The notes beneath the pieces are model-generated. The model was not told where the DNA came from. It did not search any database and saw only the letters and a list, made by a program, of their open reading frames with translations. Of a stretch of 64,000 bases of DNA, positions 29,250-39,639 are shown one piece after another. The DNA is from Vicinamibacterales bacterium. Lineage in GTDB: Bacteria; Acidobacteriota; Vicinamibacteria; Vicinamibacterales; UBA8438. Position 1 is the first letter of the stretch. Each line of letters opens with the position of its first letter. The stretch lies in assembly GCA_965214865.1 (NCBI GenBank), contig CBDCCN010000004.1:3338942-3402941 (forward strand). Direction: 5' to 3'. Position numbers and translations under genes: made by a program.

Positions 29250-30278
29250 CTACTCAACGCCTTCCATCAGGTATTCGACAAGCGCGGGCACGATGATGTC
29301 CGGCCGCTCCAGGTGCGGCACATGACCCAGCCCGGGAAAGAGCAGCATGCGACCGTTTCCGTTCGGGATGGTGTCGGCCAACACCTGCATTCGCTCCTGG
29401 AAGACCTCCGCCGGACCGAGCAGCAGATCCTCCGCGCCCCCGAAGGCGAGCGTCGGCACGTGGACATGCGGCCAGTCGTAGACGACCGGGTCCTGGTAGA
29501 GCATCTGGCTGATGATCGCCTGCACCATGGCGAGGCGCGGAAAGTCGGAGCTGAGGGTCCACGACGAGCGGATGCGGGTGTAGAGCTCGAACTGGTCGTT
29601 CCAGGCCGACGGGTCGTGCCCGACGTACCGGCTGAGGCTCCGGCGGGTGCTCTGGTAGTCGGTCTGCAGGATCCGCTCGTAGATCCGATCGACCGGCGTC
29701 ATCGGGCGATTGAACCGGTTGTCGGAGAGGCCGATGGGGTTGTAGATGACCAGCCGCTCGACCGAGTCGGGATACTGCGTGGTGAACCGCGTGGCGAGCA
29801 TGCCGCCCATCGAGTGGCCGACCGCCATGACCTTGTCGATCCCCTCGTGCTCGATGATGAGCTGCGTGTTGCGCGCCTGCGTGTTGAAGTTGTAGGGCGC
29901 GATCGGTTTCGACGATTTGCCGTACCCGATTTGGTCCGGGACGATGACGCGAAATCCGGCGTCGGTCAGCCCGTCGATGATGTCACCGAAGTAGAAGCCG
30001 CCGAAGTTGTTGCCGTGCATCAGCAGGACGACGTGGCCGTTGGCCGTGCTGGCCGGCGCGATGTCCATATAGGAGATGCGCACGTCCTGGCTGTAGACAT
30101 TGATGTCGAGATACTTGCTCGGGGCCGGATACGGGCACTCGTCGCAGGTGATGCTGCCTGGCTTGAGGTCCGTCGGCGTCGGCACCGGCGGCAGAATGTC
30201 GCGACCTTGGGCGCCGGCGGCGGCCGCCGCACCGAGAATCACGAGCACCGAGGCGAGTGTTCTGAGAGAAACGGGCAT
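29250..30278 (-). CDS. Secreted alpha/beta hydrolase
   Basis: LLMHGNNF, PDQIGYGKS, GHSMGG nucleophile elbow, GHVPHLE. Confidence 0.92.
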   Translation of the reverse strand: MPVSLRTLASVLVILGAAAAAGAQGRDILPPVPTPTDLKPGSITCDECPYPAPSKYLDINVYSQDVRISYMDIAPASTANGHVVLLMHGNNFGGFYFGDIIDGLTDAGFRVIVPDQIGYGKSSKPIAPYNFNTQARNTQLIIEHEGIDKVMAVGHSMGGMLATRFTTQYPDSVERLVIYNPIGLSDNRFNRPMTPVDRIYERILQTDYQSTRRSLSRYVGHDPSAWNDQFELYTRIRSSWTLSSDFPRLAMVQAIISQMLYQDPVVYDWPHVHVPTLAFGGAEDLLLGPAEVFQERMQVLADTIPNGNGRMLLFPGLGHVPHLERPDIIVPALVEYLMEGVE

Positions 30279-30554
30279 GAGTCCTGCTCCATGGTCCAGA
30301 AAGTGTCGGTAAATGTACCATACGCCGGGGGCTCGATCCAGAACCGCCCGCACGACGACAGTCCGTATCGGCATTGGCGCGCCCCTCGAACAGGCGCCCG
30401 ACCGTCGCAGCGGGCTGACCAGGCTGACCCACAAGCCGGGCTGCGACGCCGAGGCGCACGAAGCTCTCGTGTACCCGCCCGGGCACCTGCCGGTCCGCCC
30501 ACCGCGATCCGCGCACGAGATCGTCGGCGCGCGCCATGGCGTCGACCATGTGAC

Positions 30555-31823
30555 CTACAGTTCGCGGATCCCGTGGCTGCGGGCGAGGAAGTACAACGCC
30601 ACCAGCACCAGCAAGCTCCCGTTCAGGGCGATGACGGTCTGGGTCGAGGCGAACGTCGTCAGGTAGGCGCTGGCGAGGCTTCCCAGCGGCATCCCGCCCC
30701 GGAAGGCCATCAGGTAGATGCTCATCACCCGGCCGCGGAGCTCGTCCGGCACGTTGAGCTGGACGAGCGACGCGGTCAGCGAGAAGACGATGAGCAGCGC
30801 CGCGCCTGCGAGGAACAGCAGCAGGTAGCTCAGCGGGTTGACCGGCAGGAGCGCGAACACGGCGATCAGGCCTCCGAACACCGCAAGCACCCGCAGGAGC
30901 GTCAGACCCATCCGCTCGAAGCTGCCCATCCAGGCGACGACGAGCGCGCCCGCCACCGCGCCGGTTCCGAGCGCCGTCATCATGTGGCTGAGCGTGGTCG
31001 GATCGCCGGCGAAAACCGGAAGGAACGCGCGGAGCGGCAGGCCGAGCGAGGTGGTCGAGATGGCCAGGATGGTCAGGGCGAGGAGCGCGCCGCCGCTGCC
31101 GACGTAGGTCAGGCCGCCCTTCAGTTCTTCCAGGACCGGCCGGCGTTTGGCGGGATCGGGCGGCGAAACCTGCAGCAGGCTCAGCACCACGATCACGACC
31201 AGGAACGACGCGCCGTTGATCCCGAAGCAGGCGACGAGTCCCAGCGTCGTGAAGACCAGTCCGCCGATGAGCGGCCCGACCGACTGGGCCAGATTGAACT
31301 GGATGGAGTTGAGGGCGACCGCGTTCGGCAGCGTCTTGCGCGGCACGAGCGCCGGAATCAACGACTGGAAGGCGGGACCGCCGAACGCCTGCGCCAGACC
31401 GGTGACGAACGACAGAATCAGGATGAAGGGAAGGCGCACCGTCTCCGTGAAGACGAGCGCGGTCAGGATGAGCGCGCAGGCCATCTGCAGCACCTGCGAG
31501 GCCATCAGCAGGTGCCGGCGGTCGTAGCGGTCGGCGGTGACGCCCCCGATGAGCGTGAACAGAAGCAGCGGCACGTTCCCCACGAACATGTCGAGTCCCA
31601 GGTAGAACGCCGAGCCGGTGAGGTCGTAGACCAGCCACTGCTGGGCGAAGCGCTGCATCCACGTGCCGACGGCCGAGGTGAACGCCGCCGTCCACAGATT
31701 CCGGAAACCCGGGAAGGTGAAAGCCTCGCCGAGGCGCAGCAGCGCACGCAGGACACGCCCCCGAGGGGGGGCGTCGGCCTGGATCGGCTCCGCGGTGTCA
31801 GGGTCGGCTACCGGCTCGGCCAC
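30555..31823 (-). CDS. MFS transporter (MFS_3/EntS-like)
   Basis: FRNLW...GTWMQ, GGVTADRYDRR, NAVALNSIQFN, DELRGRVMS; about 12 TM helices. Confidence 0.92.
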   Translation of the reverse strand: MAEPVADPDTAEPIQADAPPRGRVLRALLRLGEAFTFPGFRNLWTAAFTSAVGTWMQRFAQQWLVYDLTGSAFYLGLDMFVGNVPLLLFTLIGGVTADRYDRRHLLMASQVLQMACALILTALVFTETVRLPFILILSFVTGLAQAFGGPAFQSLIPALVPRKTLPNAVALNSIQFNLAQSVGPLIGGLVFTTLGLVACFGINGASFLVVIVVLSLLQVSPPDPAKRRPVLEELKGGLTYVGSGGALLALTILAISTTSLGLPLRAFLPVFAGDPTTLSHMMTALGTGAVAGALVVAWMGSFERMGLTLLRVLAVFGGLIAVFALLPVNPLSYLLLFLAGAALLIVFSLTASLVQLNVPDELRGRVMSIYLMAFRGGMPLGSLASAYLTTFASTQTVIALNGSLLVLVALYFLARSHGIREL

Positions 31824-32179
31824 CGAATGTAGAGCCCTTCACCCAGGAAGACGAAGCTGGTCCAGAGTCCCTTCGACAGCCGGTAGAAGGCGAACGGGGC
31901 GAGCGCCGCGATCACCGTCCAGATGGCGAGCTGCTGGGACGTCGAGAGCGAGGTGAAGGTCTGCAACAGAAGGTAGCCCGTCACCGTGAGCCCGAGCGTG
32001 AGTCCGAGATTGACGTAGACGGCGCCGAGCCATTGACCGGGCTCGCGCTCGAAACGCTCGCCGCACGCCGAGCACCGCTCGTGCATGCGGGTCGCCGACT
32101 TGAAGAGACGCCCATAGCCGCAGCAGGGGCATCGAAGCCTGCATCCGCGTCCGATGAGGTCGGCGATTTCGCGGAGCAC
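31808..32179 (-). CDS. DUF983 domain protein
   Basis: RCPCCGYGRLF...CSACG..FEREPG plus two TM helices. Confidence 0.85.
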   Translation of the reverse strand: MLREIADLIGRGCRLRCPCCGYGRLFKSATRMHERCSACGERFEREPGQWLGAVYVNLGLTLGLTVTGYLLLQTFTSLSTSQQLAIWTVIAALAPFAFYRLSKGLWTSFVFLGEGLYIRWPSR

Positions 32180-32199
32180 CGGACACCACCCTCACCATT

Positions 32200-33093
32200 C
32201 TACCAGTCGCGCGCACGCGCGGCCCCGCGGGCGCCGGGACAGAAGTCCGTCGGTCGTATCGATCCGCGTGTCGGCGCTACCGCTTCGTGCTCGCGTGCGC
32301 CGGTGTCCGCGATGGAGGAGAGCAGCGCGCGTTGGCTCCGCCGGGCTTCCGTCTCTCCGGGATGCCTCCGAAACGGTATCCCCTTCAGATACAGGCGGGC
32401 GGCCTCGGCGTGAATCGCGGCGATCGTCTGCACGGTGACGAACGGATAGCGCAGCAGTGCGCCGGTGAGCGTACGCGTCGTCAGCGGCGTACGCCGTCCC
32501 CGAAGCTGCGCGTCCAGCACGTGCCGACCCTCCTCGTGCTGCACGATGCCGACGCCGAGCCGCTCGCCGACCGGCGCCAGCGTGAAGTCGTAGGTGCAGT
32601 CCATCGCCAGGAACGGAGAGACGTGCATCGCCTTGGCGGCGCGAAATCGCGCGTTCGCGCCGGCGGCGGCTCTCTGTCGCCCGTCCAGCAGGTACAGGTG
32701 CCGTTCGCCGAACGTGTTGCTGACCTCGGCGACCACCGCAGCGAGAGCGCCGTCGGCGTCCCGGCAGTAGTACAGGCTGATCGGGTTGAAGACGTAGCCG
32801 AGGACGCGGCACTGGGTAAGCAGTCGGATCGTGCCACCGTCGAACGCGATCCCGTGGTGTGCGAGAAGCCGGCGCACCTTCCGGGCGGTGGAACCCGGAC
32901 GCCCGTCGACGTGGTCGCGGTCGAAGAACGACCAGAGGTTCCAGCGATTGAGGGAGAACGGCCGGACCGTGCGGTCGAGCAGATCGAGCTCGTCGAGGTC
33001 AAGATACGCGAGAACCAGCCGGTAACGGAAGTCGTGCACGCGAGGGTGGTGTCGGCGGTGGCGGATCCAGCCGGTGTAGAGGCAGGAGTTCAC
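32200..33093 (-). CDS. DUF1365 protein (UfaO-like)
   Basis: LYTGWIRHRR..P..HDFRY, GYVFNPISLYYC, AEVSNTFGERH.Y, KAMHVSPF; GTG33093 overlaps upstream stop. Confidence 0.9.
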   Translation of the reverse strand: MNSCLYTGWIRHRRHHPRVHDFRYRLVLAYLDLDELDLLDRTVRPFSLNRWNLWSFFDRDHVDGRPGSTARKVRRLLAHHGIAFDGGTIRLLTQCRVLGYVFNPISLYYCRDADGALAAVVAEVSNTFGERHLYLLDGRQRAAAGANARFRAAKAMHVSPFLAMDCTYDFTLAPVGERLGVGIVQHEEGRHVLDAQLRGRRTPLTTRTLTGALLRYPFVTVQTIAAIHAEAARLYLKGIPFRRHPGETEARRSQRALLSSIADTGAREHEAVAPTRGSIRPTDFCPGARGAARARDW

Positions 33094-34349
33094 GACGCCT
33101 CCTGCCGGCGGTCGATCGCGTCGTCCACCGCGAGGCCGGCGCGCACGCCGTCCTCGTGAAAGCCGTTGCCGAGATACGCGCCGCAGTAGAACGTACGGCG
33201 GCGGCCGTTCATGGCTCGCAACGCGTCCCGCGCCTGCAGGCCGTCCACCGTGTAGACCGGGTGCTCGTAGACATGCCGCGCCACGACCTGCGCCGGGTCG
33301 ATGCGCTCCTCGTCGTTCAGCGTGACACAGTAGTGCGGACCGTCCGGCAGCCGCTGCAGGCGGTTCATGTAGTACGTCATCCGCAGCGGCGCCCGGTGGT
33401 CCGCGCAATCCTCCACCCGGGCGTTCCAGGACGCCCAGGCTCCGCGGGCCCGGGGCAGGACGCGGGTGTCCGTATGCAGGACGGCGACGTTGCGCCGGTA
33501 GGGGATCGCGCCGAGCGCCGCACGCTCCCCTTCGGCCGGCTGGTCGATGAGGGCCAGCGCCTGGTCGGCATGCGCCGCGATGACCACGTCGTCGTACGCC
33601 TCCCAGCCCATGTCCCGCGTGTGCAGCTCGACGCCGCCGGTGCGGCGACGGACCCGGTCCACCGCAGTACGGAGCCGAACGCGGTCCCGAAACGGCCGCA
33701 CCAGCGCCTCGACGTAACGGCGGCTGCCGCCGGTCACCGACCGCCAGGGCGGCTGACCGCGCACCTGGAGCAGGCCGTGGTTGGCGAAGAAGGTCAGCAG
33801 GAACCCCAGTGGGAGTCGAAGCGCGTCGTCCGCCGCCGCCGACCAGATCGCGCTCGACATCGGGAGCAGGTAGTGGCGGAAGAAGTCGACTCCGAAGCGA
33901 CCCTCGGTCGCCAACTCCCCGATGGTGGCGCCCCCGTCGTTCGGCACGACCGCGGAGCGCCGTCCCCACGCGTTGAAGCGCAGGACGTCGATCGCCATGC
34001 GGTGGACGGCGGGCTTCAGGATCTGCATCCGGCGGGCGAACAGCCCGGCGAGCCCGCGGCTGCTGTACTCGATGCCGCAACGGCGACAGCTTACCGAGAA
34101 CGACATGTCGCTCGACTGCGACGCAACGCCCAGCTCGCGCAGCAGCGCCGTGAAGCGCGGATACGTGCGTTCGTTGAAGACGATGAAACCGGTGTCGACG
34201 CCCAGCCCGCCGGATACGGTGACGGTCCGGGCGTGTCCGCCGGCCGCCCCGGCCGCCTCGTAAACGGTGACGTCGTGCCGGAGACGTAAAGCCCGGGCCG
34301 CCACCAGTCCCGAGACGCCGCTGCCGATGATCGCGATTCGCCGCCGCAT
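33090..34349 (-). CDS. FAD-dependent oxidoreductase, amine-oxidase-like (UfaD-like desaturase)
   Basis: IAIIGSGVSGL, GGHART, DTGFIVFNERTYP, FFANHGLL, GAYLGNGFHEDG. Confidence 0.92.
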   Translation of the reverse strand: MRRRIAIIGSGVSGLVAARALRLRHDVTVYEAAGAAGGHARTVTVSGGLGVDTGFIVFNERTYPRFTALLRELGVASQSSDMSFSVSCRRCGIEYSSRGLAGLFARRMQILKPAVHRMAIDVLRFNAWGRRSAVVPNDGGATIGELATEGRFGVDFFRHYLLPMSSAIWSAAADDALRLPLGFLLTFFANHGLLQVRGQPPWRSVTGGSRRYVEALVRPFRDRVRLRTAVDRVRRRTGGVELHTRDMGWEAYDDVVIAAHADQALALIDQPAEGERAALGAIPYRRNVAVLHTDTRVLPRARGAWASWNARVEDCADHRAPLRMTYYMNRLQRLPDGPHYCVTLNDEERIDPAQVVARHVYEHPVYTVDGLQARDALRAMNGRRRTFYCGAYLGNGFHEDGVRAGLAVDDAIDRRQEAS

Positions 34350-34521
34350 TAGCGCCTTCGTGCCCGGCCGCGTGTCCTTCCGGCAGTATGCCGCGCCTGC
34401 CGCCGGGGCAACCGCGGTGTTTTCCTCTGCAGCAAATCGAGGCGGCGCGTTTGCTTCGCCCGGTCAACACGGGGCCGCGATCCGCCCGGCCGGTGCGAGG
34501 CGCCTCCTTACAATCGAGGAG

Positions 34522-35784
34522 ATGACGACGCCGGAGCCGACCGAGCGGCAGTATCCCGGGCTGGAGGACGTGGCCCGGCCGCGCCGCGGCGGCCCGCCCC
34601 GGTCGATCGCCCGGGCGCTCGGCGGATTGGCCGGCGGGCGTCTGGACGTCGTCGACGGCGCCTGGCGGCGGACGTTCGGCGATCCTGCCGGGCCGGAGCC
34701 GGCCGCGCGCGTCGAGATTCACGATCCGCGCACCTGGCGCGCCCTCCTGCTCGGCGGCACCATCGGCGCGGCCGAGGCCTACGCCGAGGGGTGGTGGTCG
34801 GCCGACGACCTGACCGCGTTGATCCGCCTCATGGCTCGCAACGAACGCGCCGCGGCGGGTCTCGACGGATGGCTGTCGCGCGCGGCGTTCACCGTGCATG
34901 CCGTGCTGCACCGGCTGCGGGCCAACCGGCGCGGGCAGAGCCGGCGAAACGTTTCCGCGCACTACGACCTCGGCAACGACTTCTTCGCCCACTTTCTCGA
35001 TCCCGGCATGACCTATTCCTGCGCGATCTTCCCGAGCTGCGGCAGCAGCCTGGAGGAAGCGTCGCGACACAAGCTGGACCTGATCTGCCGTCGGCTGGAG
35101 TTGTCGCCCTCCGACGAGCTGCTCGAGATCGGCGCCGGCTGGGGCAGTCTCGCACTGCACGCCGCGGCCCGCTACGGCTGCCGTGTCACGACGACCACGA
35201 TCTCGGCCGAGCAGTATCGGCACGCGCGCGCTGCGGTATCGTGCGCCGGACTCGAAGGACGCGTGACGGTGCTCGACGCCGACTACCGGGACCTGCCGGA
35301 CATCCTGCGGCGGCGGTTCGACAAGCTCGTGTCGGTCGAGATGATCGAGGCGGTGGGACAGGGGTTCCTGAACCGCTACCTGAAGGTCTGCGACGCGCTG
35401 GCCAAGCCGGGCGGCCGGATGCTGCTGCAGGCGATCGTCATCGCGGACGATCGCTACCCGTCCTACCGTCGGTCGGTCGACGTGATCCGGAGCCACGTCT
35501 TTCCCGGCGGCTTCCTGCCGTGCCGCACGGATCTGCGGGCGCGGATTGCACGCGCGACCGCGTTTCGGATCGAGGGCCGGTACGACATTACCCGGCACTA
35601 TCCCCCGACCCTGCGCTGCTGGCGGGAGCGTCTCGCCGCCAATCGGCGCAAGCTCGAAGCGCTCGGGTACCCGCGGCGGCTGCTCCGGTTGTGGGACTAC
35701 TACTTCGCCTACTGCGAGGGCGGGTTTCTCGAGCGCACCATAGGCGCCGTGCAGCTCGTGCTGAACCGCGCGGGCGCCGCATGA
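34522..35784 (+). CDS. cfa: Cyclopropane-fatty-acyl-phospholipid synthase family methyltransferase (UfaM-like)
   Basis: [58 protein letters not shown]; GAGGAG RBS. Confidence 0.92.
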   Translation: MTTPEPTERQYPGLEDVARPRRGGPPRSIARALGGLAGGRLDVVDGAWRRTFGDPAGPEPAARVEIHDPRTWRALLLGGTIGAAEAYAEGWWSADDLTALIRLMARNERAAAGLDGWLSRAAFTVHAVLHRLRANRRGQSRRNVSAHYDLGNDFFAHFLDPGMTYSCAIFPSCGSSLEEASRHKLDLICRRLELSPSDELLEIGAGWGSLALHAAARYGCRVTTTTISAEQYRHARAAVSCAGLEGRVTVLDADYRDLPDILRRRFDKLVSVEMIEAVGQGFLNRYLKVCDALAKPGGRMLLQAIVIADDRYPSYRRSVDVIRSHVFPGGFLPCRTDLRARIARATAFRIEGRYDITRHYPPTLRCWRERLAANRRKLEALGYPRRLLRLWDYYFAYCEGGFLERTIGAVQLVLNRAGAA

Positions 35785-36142
35785 GCCTGGTGGCGGCGGC
35801 CGAACGGGGCTGGCTTCCGGACGGGCTGATCCGGCTCGGCATCCGTTCCCTGCTCCGCGGGCGGCTGGCGGTGCGCCGGCGCACGGGCGGCAGGGAGCGG
35901 ACGCCTCACGATCACCGGCGCTGATGCGGCAGGGGCCGATCGCGGTGGCGCCGTCGGCCGCGAACGACCAGCACTACGAGACGCCGGTCGAGTTCTTCCA
36001 GCGCTGGCGGCTGTTCTTCCTCGCCTGCGCCGAGCTGTTCGGGTATCGCGCCGGACGTGAGTGGTTCGTGGCCCACTACCTCCTGCGCCGCGGGCGGACC
36101 GATGGTGCGGGGGCGTCTCCAGGCATGGCGCAATTCACATGA
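35781..36142 (+). pseudogene. Internally deleted, frameshifted second Cfa-like methyltransferase
   Basis: N-terminus ([15 protein letters not shown]...PIA...ANDQHYE.P.EFF) joined directly to C-terminus ([24 protein letters not shown]); SAM-binding core missing. Confidence 0.85.
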
Positions 36143-36924
36143 CGGGGACCGCCATCGCCGGGCTGGGAACGCTGCTCGCCCTGATGTCCGCGGTCTGGGC
36201 GGCCGGCGTCCTGCGGCGCGACGTCAGCATCGTCGACGTCTGGTGGGGTCCGGCGATCCTCACCGCGGCGTGTGTCTATGCAGGCGACGCGGATCAATTG
36301 ACGCCGCGCCGAATCGTCGTGCTGGCCATGGTGGCTCTCTGGGCGATCCGCCTGGCGGGCTACCTGGCGTGGCGCGGATGGGGCTCGGAAGAGGACAAGC
36401 GGTACCGGGCGATGCGCATCCGCCGGCCCCGGTTCCGGTGGACCAGCCTGTTCGTCGTGTTCTGGTTGCAGGCAGTGCTTGCCTGGGTCGTTTCCCTGCC
36501 GCTGCTGGCCGTCATGCAGGTCGAGCAGCCGGCCGCTTTCAGGCTGCTCGACGGGGTCGGGACCGTCCTGTTCGCTGCCGGCTTCGGCTTCGAAGCGGTC
36601 GGCGACCGGCAGATGGCGCAGTTCAAGGCGGATCCGGCGAACCGGCGACGGGTCTGCGACCGGGGCCTCTGGCGCTACACGCGGCACCCCAACTACTTCG
36701 GTGAAGCAATCCTCTGGTGGGGCATATGGTGTCTCGCCGGCGCCGCGCCGGGCGCGCAATGGACGGTCGTCGGTCCGGTGCTGCTCACCTGGCTCCTGCT
36801 TCGCGTTTCCGGCGTGCGGCTGCTGGAGAGCGATCTGGTGAAGGAGAAGCCCGCGTATCGCGACTACGCCGCGCGTACTTCCGCCTTCGTGCCGCTGCCG
36901 CCGGGGCAGGCCCGCGGAGACTAA
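36139..36924 (+). CDS. DUF1295 (steroid 5-alpha-reductase-like) membrane protein
   Basis: [42 protein letters not shown]. Confidence 0.92.
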   Translation: MTGTAIAGLGTLLALMSAVWAAGVLRRDVSIVDVWWGPAILTAACVYAGDADQLTPRRIVVLAMVALWAIRLAGYLAWRGWGSEEDKRYRAMRIRRPRFRWTSLFVVFWLQAVLAWVVSLPLLAVMQVEQPAAFRLLDGVGTVLFAAGFGFEAVGDRQMAQFKADPANRRRVCDRGLWRYTRHPNYFGEAILWWGIWCLAGAAPGAQWTVVGPVLLTWLLLRVSGVRLLESDLVKEKPAYRDYAARTSAFVPLPPGQARGD

Positions 36925-37514
36925 CCCGTCAATCGCCGCCTGCGGCCAACCTCGCCGCCCGACCAACCCTCACCAGGGCTACCGTTCTGCGGCGCAGACC
37001 CCCGGCGCGCATCGAAGGCCCTCGCGGTGGCGCGCCGGCGATACTCGAAGATGGCCGTCAGTTCGGCGCCGACCCACGCGGGCAGCGGCGTGCGGGCCAG
37101 CGGCCGGCAGTAGAGATCGAAGTCGACCACGTCGGCCACCAGAGTCCCGTCGCCGCTCGCCTGGAACGTGTGGCGGTGGCGCCACTGCCGGAACGGGCCC
37201 CGGATCTGCAGGTCGACGAAGCGGTGGGGCGGTTCCCAGACGTCAATCAACGTCCGCCAGCGGATCGGCAGCCGATGCAGCCGCAGGCTGTAGTCGATCA
37301 CGGACCCGGCTTCTAGCGGCTCGTCCCGTATACGCCGGATCCGGAAACTCAGGAACGGGGGCGTGATCCGCTCGAGGTTGCGCGGGGTTCCGAAGAACGG
37401 AAACACCTGCGCCGGGTGCCCCGGCAGCCACTGACAGCAAAACAGCCGCCAAGCCCCTTCCGGTCGCCGCTCGATGTGGATCGGACGGTTCCGTTCCTCC
37501 CGTTGCGCTACCAT
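36921..37514 (-). CDS. SRPBCC family protein
   Basis: VFPFF..PRNLERITPP, WRTLI..WEPPHRFVD.QIRGPF..WRHRHTF, IFEYR. Confidence 0.85.
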   Translation of the reverse strand: MVAQREERNRPIHIERRPEGAWRLFCCQWLPGHPAQVFPFFGTPRNLERITPPFLSFRIRRIRDEPLEAGSVIDYSLRLHRLPIRWRTLIDVWEPPHRFVDLQIRGPFRQWRHRHTFQASGDGTLVADVVDFDLYCRPLARTPLPAWVGAELTAIFEYRRRATARAFDARRGSAPQNGSPGEGWSGGEVGRRRRLTG

Positions 37515-37560
37515 GGAATTGGAGTATAAATTAAAATGTATTGAGTACAGAGAAACCTGC
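37515..37560. promoter_or_regulatory. AT-rich divergent promoter/operator between the SRPBCC and XRE genes
   Basis: GGAATTGGAGTATAAATTAAAATGTATTGAGTACAG, exceptionally AT-rich; repeated GAGTAYA. Confidence 0.55.
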
Positions 37561-37616
37561 ATGGTCATCGCAGCGCCAGACGGGATCGCGAGTAATCGGA
37601 TCGGAGATGGACGCAC

Positions 37617-38201
37617 ATGGCGTTGACGGAGACTCTGCAGAACGGGTTGGACCGGTACGGGATCGGTCCGAAGGTGCGCGAGCTGCGGATGCGCAAGCGC
37701 ATGGGACTCGTCGAGCTGGGCGCGCATACGGGGCTGTCCGCAGCGCTGCTCTCGAAGATCGAACGCGGCCGGATGTACCCGACGCTGCCGACCCTGCTGC
37801 GGATCGCGCTCGTGTTCAGCGTGGGGCTCGACTACTTCTTCAGCCATGAGGAGCCGGTGGTGACGATCGTGCGGCGCGGGGACCGGCTGCGGCTCCCGGA
37901 ACGGTTGGGGTCCCAGGAGATCGCCTACTACTTCGAGTCGCTCGACTTCCGCGCCGAAAAGAGGAAGATGCACTCCTACCTCGGCGAGTTCGAGGCGCTG
38001 CCTGTGGAGGACGTGCGCCTGCACAAGCACGACGGCGCCGAGCTGGTCTACGTGCTGGAGGGAACGCTCGGCCTGTACGTGCGGGACGGCGAGGAGACAC
38101 TGGAAGAGGGGGATGCCGCGTACCTGGACGCGACCGCGCTGCACGGCTACCGTCGGCTCGGCCGGGAACCCTGCCGCGCCCTGGTCGTGACTGTACCCTG
38201 A
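37617..38201 (+). CDS. XRE-family HTH + cupin transcriptional regulator
   Basis: IGPKVRELR...GLSAALLSKIERG..PTLPTLLRIA; cupin HDGAELVYVLEG...GDAAY.DA..LHGY. Confidence 0.92.
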   Translation: MALTETLQNGLDRYGIGPKVRELRMRKRMGLVELGAHTGLSAALLSKIERGRMYPTLPTLLRIALVFSVGLDYFFSHEEPVVTIVRRGDRLRLPERLGSQEIAYYFESLDFRAEKRKMHSYLGEFEALPVEDVRLHKHDGAELVYVLEGTLGLYVRDGEETLEEGDAAYLDATALHGYRRLGREPCRALVVTVP

Positions 38202-38214
38202 CAGAGGGTCCGTC

Positions 38215-39599
38215 ATGCAGCGTTATCGACGGGAGAGCGTGGTGGCCGCGCCCAGTGCGGCAGTGTTCGACTGGCATGCGCGACCGGGCGCCCTCGAGCG
38301 CCTGACGCCCCCCTGGCGCGCCGTGCGCGTCGTCGAACGGTCGGGCCGTCCGCTCGAGCCCGGCGCGCGCGTGACGCTGCGTGTGCCGCTCGGTCCGTTC
38401 GGGATGCGCTGGGTCGCCGAGCATGGTCCGTGGGTTCCCGGCCGGTCGTTCAGCGACCGGCAGGTTGCCGGGCCGTTCGCCGCGTGGGAGCACCGGCATC
38501 GCTTCGAGCCGGCTCGCGCCGGCGAGACGACGCTGGTCGACGAAGTGCGGTACGCGTTGCCCGGCGGTTGGCTGGCGTTCCGGCGCGTGCGTTCGCGCAC
38601 CGGGAGATCGAGCGGCTGTTCGCGTATCGTCAGCGCCTGACGGCCGTCGATCTGAAGTGGCATCGTTGCTATGGAGGGAAGCCGATGAAGGTGGTCGTTA
38701 CCGGCGCGTCGGGACTGATAGGGTCCGCGCTCGTCCCGTTCCTGCGTGGTGGGGGACACGAGGCGGTGCCCCTGCGGCGGGCGTCCGCGGGCCCGCGCGG
38801 CGACAACGCTGAACCGAGCTGGGATCCGGCGACCGGCGCCCTCGCGGAGGGAGCGCTCGACGGTGCGGACGCAGTGGTGCATCTGGCCGGGGAGAACATC
38901 GCGGCCGGGCGCTGGACGGCGGCGCGCAAGGCGCGCATCCGGGACAGCCGGGTGGCTGGAACGCGGCGTCTCGCCGAGGCGCTGGCCGCCCTGCCGCAGC
39001 CGCCGGAGACGCTGGTCGCCGCCTCGGCGATCGGGTATTACGGGGATCGGGGGGCCGAGGCGCTCGACGAATCGTCGGCGCCGGGGGACGGCTTCCTGCC
39101 CGAGGTCTGCCGGGCCTGGGAAGCGTCGGCGGTCCCGGCGCGGGAAGCGGGGATTCGGGTCGTCCACCTGCGGATCGGCATCGTGCTGACGCCGGCCGGC
39201 GGCGCCCTCGGGCAGATGCTCCTCCCGTTCCGGATGGGCGTCGGCGGCGTGATCGGCTCGGGCCGGCAGTACATGAGCTGGGTGGCGCTCGACGACGTGC
39301 TGGGCGGCATCCTGCATGCGCTGCGCACGGAAGATCTGGCCGGGCCGGTGAACATGGTCGCGCCCAACCCGGCCACGAACGCGGAGTTCACGAAGACGCT
39401 CGGCCGCGTGCTGCGCCGGCCGACCATCCTGCCGCTGCCGGGGTTCGCGGCGCGGCTGGCGTTCGGGGAAATGGCCGACGCGCTGCTGCTGGCGAGCGCG
39501 CGGGTCGATCCCGCGCGCCTGCGGGAGAGCGGTTTCGACTTCGGCTACCCGGACCTGCAGGACGCGCTGCGCCACGTGCTCGGCCGCGCCGCGTCCTGA
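38215..39599 (+). pseudogene. SRPBCC-TIGR01777 epimerase fusion split by a 1-nt frameshift near 38573; the epimerase part may be expressed from ATG38685
   Basis: SRPBCC motifs (VFDWHARPGALERLTPPW, GPFAAWEHRHRF) continue in the shifted frame as REIERLFAYRQ, then VVVTGASGLIG, HLAGENI..RWT..RK, SAIGYYG, GRQYMSW. Confidence 0.8.
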
Positions 39600-39600
39600 G

Positions 39601-39624
39601 CGGCGCGGCCGGCGGGCCGCGCCG
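39601..39624. terminator. GC-rich hairpin between convergent genes
   Basis: CGGCGCGGCC-GGCG-GGCCGCGCCG perfect 10-bp stem; no U-tract. Confidence 0.5.
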
Positions 39625-39639
39625 TAGAACGGCTCCCGA

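Noticed and set aside
35922-35924. TGA in the methyltransferase remnant as a recoding site
   Set aside because: Homology continues in another frame and the gene is deleted internally
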